Positions 4,872 through 6,065 of a stretch of 6,065 bases of DNA are shown one piece after another. Source of the DNA: a virus. Both the position numbers and the translations under genes were made by a program. The notes beneath the pieces were generated by a model. The model had not been told where the DNA came from. It worked only from the letters and a program-made list of their open reading frames with translations, and made no database searches. Positions within the stretch are counted from its first letter, which is position 1. Each line of letters opens with the position of its first letter. The stretch spans positions 1 through 6,065 of IMG/VR virus record IMGVR_UViG_3300020029_000006; one strand, given 5' to 3'.

Positions 4872-4902
4872 ACGTAGCATATATCTTCAAGTAAAGAATA
4901 TA

Positions 4903-5199
4903 CTATTTTTCTTCAGAATTAGAGGAACTCGAAGCGGGCTTAGCCTTATCGAGCTGAGAATCAATGAGTTCCTGTCCAACCTCAAGGCCATCGAACTTAT
5001 CCATGCGAGAGAAGGAATTGGGATCAAAATCGATATCGGGATTGAACTTCTCGCCCTTCTCAAAATCGGAAGGTTCGGCGATCACATCCGGACGGCCGGG
5101 AAGAACGTCAACGGAGCCAGAACCGTTCAGAACGGAAAGGATGCGCTGACCACGAGAGATGTAGGCAGGAGCGTCTTCAAGTAACCAATCAAGTGCCAT
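4903..5199 (-). CDS. Hypothetical acidic 98-aa protein directly downstream of the capsid gene. A scaffolding role is possible but unproven.
   Basis: The ATG is at 5199..5197 and the TAG at 4905..4903. It starts 12 nt after the VP1 stop. The protein is MALDWLLEDAPAYISRGQRILSVLNGSGSVDVLPGRPDVIAEPSDFEKGEKFNPDIDFDPNSFSRMDKFDGLEVGQELIDSQLDKAKPASSSSNSEEK. It is strongly Asp/Glu-rich with a Ser-rich tail. Its size, charge and position are compatible with a small assembly or scaffolding protein, but I recognise no diagnostic motif. Confidence 0.6.
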   Translation of the reverse strand: MALDWLLEDAPAYISRGQRILSVLNGSGSVDVLPGRPDVIAEPSDFEKGEKFNPDIDFDPNSFSRMDKFDGLEVGQELIDSQLDKAKPASSSSNSEEK

Positions 5200-5211
5200 A
5201 GAATCAATATA

Positions 5212-6065
5212 TTAACGATTAGACAAACGAGTTGCAAATGTTTTATTAACCAGATTCTTCTTCTGAACAGAATACGAAAGGTTGATAAAGAAGTTGTCTT
5301 CCTGCTTGGAGCTGAATGGAGAGTTTACCTGATCGATATCCACGAACAAAAGGGAGTAGTACTGGTTATAGCTTGCCGACAAAACACGCTGCTGGACCCA
5401 ATAAGAATAAAGAGGCTTAGTACCGGAAGCGCCTTGGAATCGAGACAGCTGACCAAGAACCTCATCATATGAGGATCGGAACTCATTAAAACACGGCTCG
5501 TAAGCCACTGCCTCCGAGGCCGAGGTGGTACCAAAGCCGAATTGGAATCCGGGAACGTCCTGATAACCAATATCGTTGTAGATCGGATTGAAATAATCAG
5601 CGCCAGTATAATGGAGATAATCAGGGAAAATACCCGACCAGTAGTAAACAGGACGAATACTTAGCATATCAATCATATAACCGGGTTCGCGAAAATAATA
5701 AGACTGCCGACGGCCGAGACGATCATTAAAGGCGATAGCTCCACCCTGCTGACCGAGAGGGGGCATACTGTAGTTATCGTTGCTAAAATTGTTGGCACCA
5801 GCCTGATTCATAACGACCTGCACATTAATAGTTTGCGAAGCACTAAAAAGCAACTTAGGCCTATCAACATGCTCGATCTTCGAAGCAAAAAAGGTTTCCA
5901 ACCAGTCGCTATAACGGGAACCTCCGGCACCAAGCAGGTCCTTGTACTCCTGAAGCCGCGAAGCAATAGCCAGCTGCGGTATGGTCGAGACGCCGGACAT
6001 AGAGACGCCTTCGGAGCTACCAACGGGGAGTAACCGACTGTAGCGATCAGGGTTCGAAGGCACAA
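5212..6065 (-). CDS. VP1: Major capsid protein (VP1/F-like), C-terminal part. The same gene as 1..1061, joined across the circular junction.
   Basis: Track ORF 5212..6063 has an apparent GTG start that is really an internal Val codon (window position 119 on the circle). The reading frame is open to the right edge. The TAA is at 5214..5212. Rejoined length is 1061 + 733 = 1794 nt, which is 597 aa plus the stop. The sequence includes aromatic/Gly-rich segments such as YYFREPGYMIDMLSIRPVYYWSGIFPDY, plausibly beta-rich, consistent with a jelly-roll capsid protein. Confidence 0.85.
   Translation of the reverse strand, partial: VPSNPDRYSRLLPVGSSEGVSMSGVSTIPQLAIASRLQEYKDLLGAGGSRYSDWLETFFASKIEHVDRPKLLFSASQTINVQVVMNQAGANNFSNDNYSMPPLGQQGGAIAFNDRLGRRQSYYFREPGYMIDMLSIRPVYYWSGIFPDYLHYTGADYFNPIYNDIGYQDVPGFQFGFGTTSASEAVAYEPCFNEFRSSYDEVLGQLSRFQGASGTKPLYSYWVQQRVLSASYNQYYSLLFVDIDQVNSPFSSKQEDNFFINLSYSVQKKNLVNKTFATRLSNR
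5945..6065. repeat. Right copy of the 121-nt terminal direct repeat, identical to 1..121.
   Basis: Exact identity with 1..121 over all 121 nt. Confidence 0.95.

Noticed and set aside
4548-4880. The long 110-aa form of the lipoprotein ORF, starting at the ATG at 4880.
   Set aside because: The extra 47 N-terminal codons (MLRARTPSGRVREFLKVIGNDCRRGRAFFYRSLFNCLHHCFPLILNV) span the 4801..4871 hairpin and T-tract and look non-coding. They would also bury the signal peptide internally. The internal ATG at 4739 gives a canonical lipoprotein precursor.
4964-6065. ORFs 4964..5149 and 5833..6033 on the plus strand, and 5325..5570 and 5808..6065 on the minus strand.
   Set aside because: They are antisense to, or out of frame with, the 98-aa ORF and the VP1 C-terminal coding region, and none has an independent signal.
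1-6065. A search for tRNA, rRNA, CRISPR repeats, integrase or att sites, IS elements and a diversity-generating retroelement.
   Set aside because: I see no regularly spaced repeats, no cloverleaf-like segments, and no ORF with recombinase, transposase or reverse-transcriptase motifs. The only long repeat is the terminal overlap produced by circularity.

Overview
The window is one complete, circularly permuted small ssDNA phage genome of the family Microviridae. It is not a piece of a bacterial chromosome. Bases 1..121 are identical to 5945..6065, so the unit genome is 5,944 nt and the window is a circle opened inside the major capsid gene. All credible genes lie on the minus strand, which is therefore the mRNA-sense strand and, by analogy with known Microviridae, presumably the packaged one. 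In the direction of transcription the order is as follows:
- Replication initiator (VP4/gpA-like HUH protein, 2135->1065).
- Major capsid protein (VP1/F-like, 1061->1, continuing at 5944->5212; 597 aa once rejoined).
- Acidic 98-aa ORF (5199->4903).
- 63-aa predicted lipoprotein (4739->4548).
- DNA-pilot/minor capsid protein (VP2/H-like, 4546->3290).
- ORFans of 106 aa (3206->2886) and 107 aa (2874->2551).
- A 209-nt structured non-coding region (2550->2342).
- A doubtful 66-aa GTG-start ORF (2335->2135) whose stop overlaps the Rep ATG as TAATG.

No gene has a Shine-Dalgarno sequence. One intergenic region carries a good match to the Bacteroidetes TTTG / TAnnTTTG promoter, so I infer a Bacteroidetes host and a VP1-VP2-VP4 (Alpavirinae-like) layout. 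No tRNA, rRNA, CRISPR array, integrase or transposase is visible.

The items most worth follow-up are the small lipoprotein gene abutting VP2 (candidate lysis or superinfection-exclusion factor), the promoter-driven ORFan module between VP2 and Rep, and the hairpin- and palindrome-rich non-coding region (candidate replication origin or terminator). All functional names come from motif recognition by eye. No database search was run.
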